NCBI GenBank assembly: GCA_040954595.2
Contig: CM082582.2
Coordinates: forward strand, 10,841,483 to 10,905,482
Reading direction: 5' to 3'
Origin: Balanoglossus misakiensis
Taxonomy: Eukaryota; Animalia; Hemichordata
Length of the DNA stretch: 64,000 bases
Part shown: piece by piece, positions 1-53,369 of the stretch
How positions within the stretch are numbered: the stretch's first letter is position 1
How the letters are laid out: the number at the start of each line of letters is the position of its first letter
Program-made: the position numbers and the translations under genes
Notes under the pieces: generated by a model
Seen by the model: the letters and a program-made list of their open reading frames with translations, nothing else
Database searches by the model: none
Told to the model about the DNA's origin: nothing

Positions 1-3000
1 TATTTTCCCTCTGCCATAAGGCACATGTACGTAATCGAGATTTCCGGAAGGGGGGGGGGTCATCACCGCGTATTTGATAAATGATGGCGATCCACGAAAC
101 GTGCCGCGCATGTTGTTAACTATCTCTAATTCAATTAAAACCATGTAAACGCCGTAAGTTCTTAAGTTCTCTCCGGGATCGCCTCGTACCACGAGGTCAA
201 CACCGGTTTAAGTTTTCGCACGTGGAACCACAGGTTCAGATGACGCTGATATGCACCGCGGGCTCGACTGGGACCGCTGCGATTCCAGCGGGACCTTGCA
301 TTAATGTTGAATATTATGATCCGAGGTTTAAGGTTCACCAAAACGCAATTTCTTCCGATCCCAGAGGTTACGCCCGGAGCATAGGCAGGCATCACGTTTC
401 AGAGATCAGTTAGTGGCGCCCGCTGTTATCCTCAGTACAAGAACTTAATTTCTTGAGGAACTTGCCAAGGATATCGCACATAACTCGATGTTCCTCTAGA
501 GACAATCAAGCCAGTGCGTGAAATCGGGCGGTTTGCATCGGTCAACTGCAAGCTATTTATTTTTCTGACACTCAACTGAGATCACATTTAACGGAGAATG
601 CATGTGTAAAGAAAATGGCCCATTGCAAGACATACTAGTACGTTAGAAAACTGTACTACTTATTAGAACGTCGGGGAGTAAACTAGGGCACCGAGCTATC
701 GTGAAGTCTAAAATTGGCCTACACTACGAATAACTAAGTTTACATGTCTCCTGGTGCTGCGATGCTAATTCTCGCCACAGTTATTTCATCAGCTACAGAT
801 ACTCAGCGACAAAGAATGCGATGAATCCTGATTGATGAGAGGTGGTCCGTGGATTATTGTCGACGGTTTGGATAAATGATTTAGAGTTTCACAGCGAATC
901 CAGCTGTGGCACCAATTCATCTTGTGTAACGATAGTGAGAAATGCACAAAATCACAGGCCTGTGCATTGTGATTTGGCGTTGGCTGCACAATTCTAAGAC
1001 AATAAAATTCCGTAGGCAGGTTGCACTGAAGCTGGTTACGTCAGGCGATTTTACAGAGTCCCCTAAACCCATGTTGTCTGGAGGTCCCTGCCCCAATAAA
1101 CGTAGTTTTGCTGGCTAGGATTGTGGCTCTCTTATACAGCTTACATTTCAGTGTATGTTAAGCATGGGATCTGACAAGTTGTCACCGGAAAGTGGTTGAT
1201 TTAAGGACACCCAAGTAACCGCGCAGACAGTAATTCACATAACTCATCCGTCACATGTCCTCTCGCCTGTGCAATCACGCCGATTTGATGCGTTCAAGCT
1301 GACAATTTTTGTGCGTAAATGCATCATAAGTGACACTTTAACGATAAAGAATAACAATATGCATCATAAAACATGGACGCTGTGGTGCGTTTTGTCTGCA
1401 GATGATGAATTGATCGGTAATAGTTTGCATTGATGGTCCGTGTTTTACTCGAGCAGGTGGGCCGTGTCTATAGTGTGAAGCCCGGTGTTGTCTTTCGTCT
1501 GTCTAGTGTTATCAACACGACGTCAAAATGCATGAGCAATGATATGTAACGAGTGTTCCCATTGGGGAATGGGCTCTAGGTCCACGCATGCGTGTTTATA
1601 AATTACGTGGTGGAGAATCATCATCGGGGGCTATGTGAGGAGGTATTGGCACCCCACCCTCTTCGTATTTGGGGTAGACGTTCGTTACTTACCACTCATA
1701 GGGGAGGGGAGGGAGTTCGAGGGATAAATCCAGCGACTATGGCGGGTGTCATGTTTGCAAAGGTATATTGTGATAAATGATAACCAATACCCCTGGTCTA
1801 CTTGTCTTCTTGTAAACCGATGATAAAGACAGGGGATTGTTGAGCATAGACTGAAATTACCGCACCAATTTTACTGATAGAGGCACTAAAACTTTTCACG
1901 GGCTTTTAAATGCATAACTTTTTCTTCAGCGGTTCCCTGCAGCCTTGCTATTAAACTGGCCTATATAAGACGACGCTGATTGACAGCAATAAGTTTGTGG
2001 AAACTTGAGCGCAAACACGTGCCTCGCTCCGTGTTTCCCAGTGTGTCAGAGTGTATTTTAAAGTATGTGGTTATCTTTATGGTTTACAGCGAGTATTTAC
2101 CGCGCTTTATGTGAGAACCGGGATCAGATGTGGGGGAGTTTAAGCGCGCAATGAACCGGAATCGGCGACTATTAATTCACTGACCGGAATGTGATTGCCG
2201 TCTCGCAATGTCTCTTCAAAAGTTTTCTTGAATGCGAAGCTACTTTCTGGGACTGTCTTGTGCCTGTTTTTATCTGACATCTCACAATCATTCATATCGT
2301 GAATAGCCATTTGAAAATTGTCAAATAAGAAACACTTCAATTATGCGCAGAATGTAGCGAAGGCGGAGAGTTCGCTTTGGTCAAGACTTGAGCGGCAAAG
2401 CTTGGTGACAGAACTGACGCAAGCGAGGAGAAATTCTTAGCTGGTAATTTCGTCGACATCTGTCGCGCCAAGCAAATCCCACCAATCCCTTGTCTAAACG
2501 AACGACATCAGGAGTGAGGGCGGAACAATCGATGTAAACAACTTTTCAATGTATCGCTGGAGAGAACGTTTCAGGGTGGTTATTTTCATGAGCTCCGTTA
2601 AAAGTCCCTAACGGTGACAATTTTGGTCCAGCAGCGCAGATGACTTTTGCGCAGGTGTAGCCTACTTCCTCGTTGTGACGTATCAACCATAATAGCCGTA
2701 CACATCCCATCCCATCCCATTCTATCCCAGGACCAGCAAAGGGCGTTCCAGTTTTTCGCAAGGAAGATTCTCCCTGTCTTGCACGTGGTGGTCCTCTTGA
2801 AACCCGACCGCCGCGATAATTGCATGACATAATATCTGGGGTGTCATTCTTGCCGAAGGATGTCTTTGAAGAAGGCTCGTATTCCGCCGACTAAAATTGA
2901 TTGTGAAAGACTAAAAATAAAAGCAAATCTTTACACAATGACGGACGTAACACTCTGTGTGGCTTCAAGAAAATTGATTGTTTTCATCTTTTGAATTCAG

Positions 3001-3095
3001 TTATTAAGGTTTATGGAAAGGTTTACACGGAATATCGAATAACTTAAGTCAGAGTAATACGATACATCTGATCGCCTGAGTTAAGTAATAACACT

Positions 3096-3101
3096 TTTAT
3101 T
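3096..3101 (-). terminator. Candidate polyadenylation signal of TEPP
   Basis: AATAAA on the minus strand ~245 nt after the TEPP stop codon. Confidence 0.4.
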
Positions 3102-3344
3102 TCATCAAACAATTAACAAATTCCGCGGTAACAGGTGGTTCTTCTCAACAAGTATGTAATTTAATATTTTCACAGTTTTAAAGTAATACAATATACCACC
3201 AATTGTTCACGAAAAGCATTAAAACAAGTACACACTTATTAACTGGTAGTTATTTTTTTATGGACGGAATGCGCTTCGGATTATCTCCTAACTTGGCGTG
3301 CGTGGTGTCTATTTTTCTGCCATCACCGAGGGTTGCCATGGACA

Positions 3345-6672
<3,328 letters not shown>

Positions 6673-7151
6673 CCAGGTGAAGTGACACTGTAACACGACC
6701 TCCCTGATATGTTTCCCGTATCTTTAACAGTATGTATACTTGGTAATTTGACCGCTGATGTCAAAGAAAGTGTAAATAAAGGTAAAAAGAGTCGAAAGCA
6801 AATCTTTTGCCCTGCAAGTATGAACAAACCATTGTGGAGACAATGTCGTGCAATCAAAAGAGGCTTTGACAATTTCACCGTTGCCATTGGTGGCGCTCTG
6901 TGAGGTTGAACTATGGATAAAATTCGATAACTTCAGCGATAATACAATTGTGGTGTTATCTCGGTCACTGGTTCATAACACCTATGTGGCCACTGTAAAT
7001 TAAATCTTTTCAAGATTGTAGCACTGTAAGAGCGCGATGATACGACCCGTCGATGACTCAAATGGTTATCGAAGCAATCTACAAGTATTGTGTACGCTCA
7101 GAGAACTCTGCACAAATTACAGCACCAAGATAATTATTGCTATATGCGACG

Positions 7152-7281
<130 letters not shown>

Positions 7282-9915
7282 CGGCCACCACCACTACGTG
7301 GACACGCCCGGCTTAATAGACTTGAAAACTTTAATGAACCGCCTCCCCCAATATATTACCCGTTAGAAGCCTATTTAAGTGTTATCAAAGGGGGGAAAAT
7401 CCCTTATTACGTCACGTGTTGTCGCCACAGAGCTCCCCTGATTAATCTGACCCTCACCTAGTGGTGAAGTCATTGCTCGTTGATTCACTAACTAAAGCCA
7501 CATAGCGGCGGCCGTGCCTCGGTTGTCAAGGTGAACAATATATCACCTGTGTATTGTATTATGGAAAGGCTTTGGTACCGTTTGCGAAGTTGCTCAGCGT
7601 CCAACAAGAGGGCCGCCGTATACACGGATTGTCTTCCCAGCTCCCGTTGAGTCTTTGTTACAAGTTGTTGTTTGCAGAGGGCTTTGAGAGTATAGAGTTG
7701 CCCCGCTATGCGCCACTGATTTACATGTATCTGGATCGACTTATTATTGTCCGACTGAGAGTTAATAGAATAGAGGCAAATAAAATAGGGACGAATAGAA
7801 TCCAGGCGAACAGAAAAACATAGAATTTGTGAAGTCACCTAACTAACAGAATTATAGTTTAAAATCACCAAAACTTGCTAATGGCGTATCTGTTTTCTTT
7901 TTTCCACTGTGAACGAAGATCTAGAAATCAGAAGAATGTAGGTCGGTGGCATCCGAAGAGCGATTGAAATGGTAAAAACGGTTGCTGGGAAACGAGGAGG
8001 AGACATTTGACAATCAAACACTCCTACAAAAAGTACACAGTCAGGAGGGCCTTTGCTATATATACAGTGTGCCATGCGTTTACTCTATGGTTGAGTTTCT
8101 TTTGTGAAAAGTGTGTCATGTCTCGACCACCGTGTGCTTTGGTCAGAGCATGGATAATTCACGCTGTAAAGTTGCCCGTTTCTCCGATACACCGTCGGTG
8201 CTGGTCGCCTAGGCGAGAACAAGCCGGCCAGGTATTCACTGGTCGAGCGATTCCGAACCAATTTGCCCGCGACTTGACAACGACGACCATACCAAGACAT
8301 TTCGGTCGCCGCTCTGTGCGAGTGAAAATTGTGGAACAAATACGCGACCTGTTGAGTTGCGCAACGGGACTGTTCAACCGTAAACATTGGCATTGGATCT
8401 GCAAGATCATTATCCGAACCTCAAACATGTCGTTTTGCTACCCTGCGACGGCGGGCCACATGACCATCACCAGTCTTGCTTTACAAACAACTCGCAGTGG
8501 ACGACTGACCCTTCTCACTTTCATTGCGTTTAAGTGACAACAAAAGTTCAAAAGGCTGTTTTGTTTGGTGTTAATGATTAAACACTTTATTGAAAAAATA
8601 GCCAGACAATAGCCTCTTCTTTTCGCCGAGCACTTGTTGTGTTTTCCCAAGCGGATCCGTCGAATAAAAGTATCAATGCGCATTGCCCTACAGAGAGGTG
8701 TGCTACGGTTCGCCCGGCAAAGTACCGCCCCTGTCTGTCATAAAACGCATCGCCGGTCATTCGGTTTTCCAATAAGGCGTGCGTTTTGTTTACATGATGC
8801 GAGAAGAACTTTCCATCACGCCCTTGTTGACAGGTGGTATCAGGCTCTCAAACACCAATCAGAAGTTCGTTCTTGGGCACGTGATTAGCCTGTTGGAAGC
8901 ATGCTTTCGAGCAGAATATTCATGCCAGCGCTCGGAGAGGACGTCCCAAATCGGTGCTCTGTAACTTGACTTGATTTATCTGCCTACTCACTACTGGATA
9001 GCCAGCCCCAGGCCACCGACTGCGAGATCATCTAAGATGTGTTTAACTTGCTTTTTGGCATGTTTCGACCGCCGAACGAGAAACCAGCCCAACATATGAA
9101 AGGCCCGTTGGGGTCCACCTGCACGCTGCCAATATTTAGGCAGACCGTCCATAGTTTTCGCCACATTTGTTGATATCTGCGGATATTTACGTTGGTGTCT
9201 TGTGTAGTTGCATGTAAAAAGAGGCTACAAAATCTTCGAGGTGTATGCACTCTGGGCACCGTACTCCTTACGGGATCTGTTCACTCAGGTCAGTGCCACA
9301 CCTTGGGTTTTTGTTCCACATCCATGTTACTTTGTATTTGAGAACTATGGTGTTCATTTTATCAGCCATCGGCCGATCAGATCTCTGCAGGGAAAATGCT
9401 TCAATGAATACCACGAGCACGTGATTCTGCTATTGAAATTTTTATTTCACTTTTTTGGTACACTAGAAATAGTATTATGCAAATGTCAAGATGCACAAAA
9501 CCCGTATACAACTTGTAAAAAACCACCAAGTGAGAAAATAAGTGGGTAGGGAATATTACATATGTGCTGGCGCCACCATGTCGTCATAGTGAAATTCGCA
9601 GTGTTTAATATTCCCCTCAAATACATGGCCGCTACGTTTTGCATGCTGTAGTCTGTGCACCTGTGTCCATAGACAACAAGCGACTGCGCCCCCACCGACC
9701 ACATGGCGCTTTAGTTACTACACGGCACATCACTACATGTACATTGTACTAGTATATTGTCCCTGTGTCCGAATATTGTCAAGGCTCAGACAAATTTCCT
9801 GTAGTTGTCTTGGGCCTACTCTTTCCACAATCCACAAATAGTACTGCATTGCACGTTTCCACCACGCTGTAAATTTCCAAAAGTTTCCACGACCAGTGAA
9901 ACGGCAGAGCCAATC

Positions 9916-45065
<35,150 letters not shown>

Positions 45066-46189
45066 GTTGTGAAATGACTGACAGATCGCGATCGAACCTG
45101 GCTGATATGTTAAGTATGCCAAGCACGTGTCATCCTGCTCAGATGTATCGTGTAAGCAAATCTAATCGGTGTACAATCGAGACGACATTATCGTGCGGGG
45201 AATCCTTCGGGCAGGGTCAGCTAGCCAATTTACGACAGATGAATTAGCTTCCCCTACTACCAGTTTTCTGAACTCGCGACTCCTTCAAGTTAATTGCGCA
45301 TACCTGGTCGTACGCAGAGTATATACAGCAGACGCGATGCTACCAACCGACAAAACAGTCGCAGTCTCGCACTCGATAACTTCCACGCACGTTTCTCTTT
45401 GAGCTCGGGAGGAAAACAGACGTGCGCAACCAGCGACGAAACCCAAATGTTTACTGAAGCCGCTTGGGCACTGACCGTGTGCAACGTCTCTTTTAAAGCT
45501 GTCAGCAGCCACTTGATCGAATTCACAAATAAACGTAACACGGGTCCTCGAATACATATTATCAACATTCTCATATACGTGTGACGTGTATATTTTCCAA
45601 CGCTGTTCCTCGCATGAATCCACACGTACCGCAAACCATCACCGCGTGTCAATGGCTGGTCACGGAAACCCAGTTGAAAGTATCGCACATTTGAAGGCTC
45701 TGGATCTTTGAATTCAAAGCTTTGGTATTTTTCTCTCATTTTCGTCATTTTATTTTAAAAAATATTAATTTGTGCAACGAGATTTTTTTTATTGTTGGAG
45801 CCAATGAACCCCCAAGCAAATCTGACATTTGTGCTGCCCTCATTTGAATGATTGTCGAACACATGAAGAGCAGAATAAATCAACGAAAAGGGCTGAAATT
45901 GAACAGATCCGATTAGAGAGCAATTTGCTTGTCAATAAATGACATATCCTGACAAAAGCTCGCCTTGCCTCAGCGGTACACATTCAAACAGGAAAAATGA
46001 GTTTTTCAAGAAAATGGGTAAAGAGGAGAAAGACGTGATTGACCTAAAGATAATTGTCTTCTTCTTTATAAACTGATTTCAAAGAACGCGGTAAACGGGG
46101 CGCATGAAGAACTTCAACAAGGGCACATCCATTGCCAGGTTGGCAGGGGGTCACTGGATTGTTCACTTGATGAAAGGGTAGAGTGCGGG

Positions 46190-46282
46190 TGGGTTTGGGA
46201 GAGTTCGAGAGAGAGAAGGGGGTAGGAAGAGGGAGGGAGAGAGAGAGAAAGACACAGATTGAGAGAAAGACAGAGAGGGGGC
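46190..46282. repeat. GA-rich low-complexity tract upstream of the cyclase
   Basis: gagagagaagggggtaggaagagggagggagagagagagaaagacacag. Confidence 0.7.
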
Positions 46283-48685
46283 GGGCAGCCAGCATACAGT
46301 TCCTGGTGCAGTATTGTTTGGTTATTCTCGCCCAATAACCAGACACCATGACGGATCCATGTCCCATTCTGATGCACTGTGACACAAGCAGTCTATTTGT
46401 AGCTCACCCGCAGTGGGAAGTATGGCACTGTTCGATTCACTCACTGTCAAACTTTGACTTATACCCATTTTAACAGCACGTGTCGACAGGCCAAACAACA
46501 TGGAAAGAAATAGCCGTGTGCAGTGAAGGAAACCGGAAAAAACAGGCCCGTCTTGCGCAGTAATCACTACATGATGTATTGCATTGAGGATCACAGTAGA
46601 TGCTTGCTGCATATATCTTACTTGTCAACATGCATAAGTAGAGACACTTCAAAATGTGATAGCATTTCTATGACTATACCAGACTGCGCAGCAAAAACTT
46701 AAAGAGAGAGCTTCAGCAGGACCTTTGGGTGGACAGTCACCATTGCTATTGTTATGTCCGGACTAGAATTCATTTGTCAGGTCGTTATACAAACAGGCCT
46801 GCGATTAAGGTGCCGAGCGGAATACTGGGTAATTTAAAACGTATATAGGGAGTGGAACATGAAATTGCATTCGATGCAAACTACTGAAAATAGCATAAAA
46901 AGTTACAGTTGAATGATCACGCACACACAGGGCGTGTTGACAGGTCTAATGCTGATATGTAAACATGCTTCAGTGAGTAAAACAAGAGGCAGTATTCATT
47001 TGATACGGGGATTCAAAAATACCGAAAGCGTCAAAGTTTAAGTACTCTCCTTTTTACGTTCGAATGCGATTTAACGTGTATATCATCACATGCACAAACC
47101 CTCGCGTGTTGTATGAAACTATTTCGGCTTTTGCCTTTTCTCCGTACTATCGTTTTGTACATGCAGCGTCCACAGAGGCGTTTGGACAGTCGCCCGGGGA
47201 GCTCCTGCCATGGCTGAGGTCTTCAGTCCTGACCAGGGAGAAGGGAATCGAGTACTTTCTCCCCCTTCTAGCAAGTTTGTTGCTAATGCGAAACACGTTT
47301 GCTACCATGATCGCCGAGTATACGTGCAAGTCTCCATGATAAGTTACTGTGAGGAAAAAACACAAAAACGATTGACAAATTGCTAAGGCGGTGCGTTACG
47401 TCACCATTTGGTGACCGTACAGTTACTCCATCAGAAGGGGGCGTACTTTTAAAATTCGCTGCGCCGTGTATTTTAAACATGTGGTGTAAAGATCATTCGC
47501 TGTGAGTTAAGGTAAACGCCGTCAGATAAAAAACAACCACATTTACGCGCCTTTTATGACCTGGTCGTCGCCCATGATTCCTGTCCCCTTGATTAATGTT
47601 GACAACTGGATTTTGCTGCAGAACTAGTCAGATGCATCGAATGGTTAAAATAACTTGCAGAAAATGTATAATATATAGATCTATTTGAAGCACGTTTAGA
47701 TGGCGTGAACTCGACTACGGGGCAAATATCAAAAGTTAATAGGAGCAAATGGGCAGCGTACTCTGACACATAATTGATCGATACTGTTTGGGTGTACGTT
47801 TTTTATGCAGTGCCAAGTTCTCTCATTCCCTTCTTTTCCGGTCTGAGAAAACACCTGGAATTTCTTCCGGAGACTAAAGTATTTATCATATATGTTTTTG
47901 CTTTTTTTCGACACGCTTATTTTGGCCACAGTTGATACCTTTGCGGGGGGGGGGGGGGGAGTGACGTACATTTTGGTGTTAAGTTTTAATTTAGAAAATG
48001 CCACACCACATCGTTGAGCAAAAAATAAATAAATAAATTTAAAGAAAATATGCAATTCTTGTTAGTAATTTCAACATATGGACCCAAGTTGTTGCTCGAA
48101 TACGACATCCTTTCCCTTTTGAGATTTGGGCTGGTCGTATCTTTCCCGCGTTGGTTAACGATTTCAAGCTGTTGCTGGATATTCTCGATTTTTAGCTCCG
48201 GCGTTTCAATGAACCGTGTTCGACAGGTCTGTCACCAGAACCGGTTTGACAGGCCGCCGGGGCCAACACGAAATACGCCTGCAAAACGTTGCCAGACACG
48301 CGATGAAATTCTCCGTTCTCACGCACCCCGCGAACGGCAACATTTCCCTTGTCCGTGATCGACGGTCAACTTTGCAGTTAGTTCACTAACACGTGTCTGA
48401 TGAAAAATTTGGACCGTTTGTCCAGCCGCATCGAGACTTTGCACCAGGAGAAAACATGTGCGCCACCTGCTTGTAAAACGTAAATCTTTTGTTTTTATTG
48501 AAGGCAGGCTGTGCCGGAGTATACTTTGTTGTAAGTCTCATTGACTCAAGAGAAAAACAATGGCATAACCCAAGACTTCTTGAGCTAGTCTTCAATGATA
48601 CATGTACCCGTGTGTAAATTTAACCCAACTAACATCGTTTCACCATTGCTTCCCTGGTTGGCGCTGCTTCGTCTACAAATACACC

Positions 48686-48831
48686 GTAGTCTCGAATTCA
48701 ATGGTACCTCGTTCGCTTCGCTAATGCAAAGTGCGTCGCTTGCGGTAGGACATGGGATTCCCAACTCGTCACTACCGCCAGCGGCGCACTATGCACTAGC
48801 GAAGCGAACGAGGTCCGGAAAGCGATACTAC
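48686..48831. mobile_element. Palindromic MITE-like element / long hairpin
   Basis: Arm 48706-48748 (acctcgttcgcttcgctaatgcaaagtgcgtcgcttgcggtag) is the reverse complement of 48772-48814 at 39/43 nt; outer gtagtctcg / cgatactac also pair; loop contains tgggattccca. Confidence 0.7.
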
Positions 48832-51800
48832 TACGTACTGTTACTTGTGGTGACACATGATACAGGGCGAGGTTATCAACCTCACACCGGTAACAGCATG
48901 GTGCGTGATCGCGCGTGACGGTATGTGATATTTGTATACCAGAGTGTATACAACACCATAATGAGTCATCGAGACCTCTGTCGTTCATTATCCATCACCT
49001 TTCAACAGCAAAATAATTACAATTTCGTGCGAATCGAAGAAAAGTGGGAAATGTTACGTCATTGATGAGGGGCGATTACTGGACATTTTGGCAGCATGCA
49101 AGATAAATTTTACTTTATTCGAACGCGCTTCTCCAAGTCAAGAATCTGAAATTGCACTGGTCTTTTTATCACAATCAAAAGCAAACACGGGAACGAGCTT
49201 GAAGGACACGCCGACACCCGGCACACTGGGTGAGAAAATGCCCGCTTTTATGGGCCACACTATGATCAAAACACTTTCAGGTTATCTGATCTTCGTACCA
49301 GTTATAGATTATGCGAGAGATAACAGCGTCAGGATGTCACCTTCAGAGCCTAATCAGCGATGACGACATACCCACCTGACCACCTGACAATCTCACGCAG
49401 TATTGTCCATTTCTATCAGTGCCCTTGAGACGAAGTCCATGGACGTCGAGATGCAAGTCCGCCGGTGTTTAACCTGAGAGAAACTGCTTGGAAATGCCTG
49501 AATGTCCAAATACACAACAGATTAGGCCTAATGTTAAAAGATTACTACAATAGAAAGAAACATGCATAAATATACTAACTCCCAATTCTGTTCTTTCCGG
49601 CTTTGGGTGATTTTTGCTTGCTTTTTGTGGAATTTCGTTTCAACATTCCGGGTGCAAAAAGGTCAGCGTCATTATAAAGTATACTGAAACATCGACGATC
49701 ACTTGTTTTTCTCGCAGAATGAGTTGGATCGGTGCCAACATTAGAAAATTTGTGTCACTGGGTCACCGGCTTGTTTTGTGCGATTCCACAAACAACACCC
49801 ACTTTATCGCACTACATTACTCACTCTCGCAATTTACAACCCCTAGTTCTCGTTCACATTGCATGTTTCATACCATGATGGAAAGTCTGGTTCGCTTTCC
49901 ATTTGCTTTAAGATAAAGGCACTGCCTTCATCTACCACCTGGTCGTTTACTGAAGATAAATATAGATTTATAGTCTCTTCCAAGGTCTACCCAATATTGG
50001 ATGAGGTAGTGGTTTGATTCTGACTGACCCTGGGGGAGTGTTCTGCTAGATAAATGTGGGGGTTTACCGCCCTTGGTTAGTCCTACCTCCTTGTGAAGCA
50101 ACGTTATTTTTTTTCATGAGCGAAGTCGAGCCCCTTGAAACTATCGAGAGAGAAAAAGTTGTTGGAAGATTTTATCGTTTGTAGGCGTGGCAAAACACTG
50201 GCAAACATGACAGCTATTTTGAAAGTGGGCAGCGTGTGTTATAAAGTTCACCCAGCCTATAAAATGACGTGAACAGAGGCCAGGATTTCAACTGCCCACA
50301 TCTCATCATAGCATTTGTGTTGGCCCATGGCCATACAATGTCAAATTCTATCATTGTATGGGTATCTTGAAACCCGCACTCCGTAATCTCCTATTGAGAT
50401 GGAGATTGATACGACCTTGTTATGGATATACTAGTAAGATTAGGTCATGAATGCTTTTATTTTCCCTTTCAAACATGCACGAACTGTGTATTAAAAATCG
50501 ATAAATGGCCCACGCCAAGCGCCGGACGTTTGATCCTTCGTAAAGTAACATACAGGTACGCCTGGCCTGGTTTTCATTCAAACCTGTCCGATAATGTCAT
50601 CTGTTGACCATTTTTTTAAAAAGTAGATGCACAAGGACGAATTGTCAACCACACTCAGATTCACGGTCAAACACACTAGACTGACCGTGACTTAGCTTTT
50701 AAATCGTGTCATCGTGTTCAAAGGGACTCCACCCAGGCGCCTCCTAGTACAGCGCATGCGTCAGACAAATAGTTTCTGGTGGTTTTCGATAATTGTTTGC
50801 CAAAACATCGGTACCGAACAAGAAAAATACGCACATGACCGATATGTTTTATTGTTGCAACCTGCCGAACCTCCACACTGTACTCTCAATCCTTTCCTAA
50901 GCCAAGCTGTGAAAAAGCGGCAATTTCGTGTAGCGGTTTAACCCAGACCTGGCATTGCATTGACTTGTAATTGAACGGGTCACTCAGTTCATAGAGGTAC
51001 ACTCTGTGTCTTCTCCGCGCTCGGGCAGAGGACGCAAGGAGTCTATTATTGGTATTAAAAATTAAAAAAAGATAATCGAATTGACGACTCTTTAGGTCAA
51101 TAATATTATGTTTAGCAGTTTAATCATTCCGTTGACGTGAACGTGCCCGCGGTCTTCATGTATTGAATCCGATTTACCTTGCTTGGCTATGGTTTGTTAG
51201 GTAATCATAGCATTCAAGGCCAAATTTGACGCTACTATAGCGCAGTCAATCAATTCTGCACCCGGAAAGATCCAGAGAGCCCATTGTCCTGACCTGCTTT
51301 CGAGGTTAAAGTTGACGCTTGTTTACGTCCTCAGCGCAATACTCAGAAACCGTACTGCATTGCGGCAAACTGGCAATTGTACCTACATTCCTTCGGAAAG
51401 GCGCCACATAAATAATACAGCCATCCTACCGGTATGGCGTGCGTTATTGAGAAAAGCATTGGGCGAGCGCATGCTTTCTCCCAAAGCCCAAGTGTAGTAT
51501 ATCACTTCGAAAATTATGTGTTAAAACGGATGCAGTTATGCAAGTGTGTATGTACATGTACGTATTTTGCCATTTATTTGCGTGTTCATTACGTTCCTGG
51601 GCGATTTTCTTATGTCAGTATTGTGCTTACATTCAAGTGAGTGAGAATCTCTCTCCCCCCCCCTCTCTCTCCCTCTCGATTGTAGTCAAATTCGAGAAAC
51701 CTTGAATTGGGGTTTATTGCAATAGTCACTCAATCACATAGATATACCATAAATACAGGCCTGTGTACTAAAATAGGGTGGGTGACACCTGCATACACCA

Positions 51801-53369
51801 TGACGCAGTTGTCTTGAGCACAAATAGGTCTAGGCATTATTCTATGTGCCAAACAAGCGCCCCATTTACATCCGTTTTAGCATTCATTGCTCGATATTTT
51901 TTCGTTCTCTATATTATTTTTAAACGGTATCCTCGACTGATGCCAACCTACAACCTTGTTTTGATGATTGAAGAGTCTACTCCCAGTTCCCCTAGCTTCT
52001 TTTGTTCAGAGAGGTCACAACCTTCAAATCTGAGCTGTCATTGGCCGATCGTAAGTCATTCATGTCGTCATGGTGATACGCTTCAGAAAGATGGAGAATA
52101 TATACCGATCGCAATGGATGAGTGCCAAATACGATCCAGTCAGATCCAGTTTTTTCTAGCAAACCCTAGTAATCATTAATATTGAAATAAGCGCGATAGA
52201 TTTGCATACGGTATAAAGTGAACGGTAACAACAAAATATTTTTCAGAGTGCTTGCATTGGCGAAGATTTGGTGTGTGTTTGACTGTCTGGGACGAGGAGG
52301 GTAGTTTTTGCAAAGCTTCCAAGATGTTGAGCCGACTTGCGCCAAACGTTTTGAAATCAGCTGGAAAACAGAAAAGCGGTAAGAATTTATACATGTTTAT
52401 CTTAAAGTTTCATCCGAGTTGTTGACAGGTTTTATTGCTGGCAAAGTTTTCAGAGAAAAAATGCGTAGGCCCTAAATTTAAAAAATGCGCATTTTCAATT
52501 CACCCCAATGAAAATCCATGCAACGGGGAAAAAGTGCGCAAAATATGAAGGACGAAAGTCTACTTTGTAAAAAGTGAGTTTGCGGGAAGTTTTGCGGCTT
52601 TATGTACGTAGCTGTCAATCATATGCCGTGAAGGACGGTGTGTTTGAAGTTTGAGACCCGCCAGCGAGGTGTCCTCGGTGTCCCTAGGCCGGGTAGTGGC
52701 GATGTCATCAAACTTTGAAGGAAGAAAAAATCGCAAATTGAAATAAAAATGATCGTTTGCTTTACAATTTATGCACTAACTGCATTCGTTGAATTAACGT
52801 GAAATTTGACAATAAATGAAAACAAATATGTTAGTGTGATTCTGTGTAGGTGTTTTACTTGGGATCGCGTGCGGTAGACTTGGGGAGAAAACTAGTTAGA
52901 ACCAGTTTCTCGCTGTATTGCAAAACATCGACAATGCGGTACTAGTATACAGCAGAGTACGTGGGTGGTTCTCGAATAATTTTATGAGCTTTGGTTTCTT
53001 TTTTATCCGTACGTAGGTTTTTTACTTTATGCCTAGACTTTCTCGTGTGGCGTGCGTGATTTGTGTGTGTAGTGATGTCATTGCGCGTTCTTTCTTTTCT
53101 TTTTTTACTGGAAAGTTAGTTTTTTTTTCTTTTTCAAATACGATCATTTGAACGCTCTCTCTCTTTCTGCACAAAAAAACAATAACTTGATAATGGCAAA
53201 GGAATGTCTTTCACCTTTGCGAAAGTGCTCGCGCGAGATGCCGGTCCCAAATGCCGGTTTTCATTGTCACGCAATCATTCATGAGCGCTGCCTGTCGAAG
53301 TACGGTGGCCTTGAGATCAATGTCCATCACACAGCCTCGTTATGGATACTGGAAAACTTTTTTTCCAAG

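Noticed and set aside
1-3000. Short ORFs and a TATA-like tatataag at ~1962
   Set aside because: No coherent exon chain or homology could be built on either strand.
8007-8964. Overlapping ORFs up to 176 aa between the cyclase and TEPP
   Set aside because: No recognisable domain or consistent splice structure; probably cyclase 3' UTR or intergenic DNA.
9733-9915. 60 open codons after the cyclase TGA (possible readthrough)
   Set aside because: Context is TGA-G, not the TGA-CTAG readthrough motif; the peptide is featureless; an open stretch of this length is not rare by chance.
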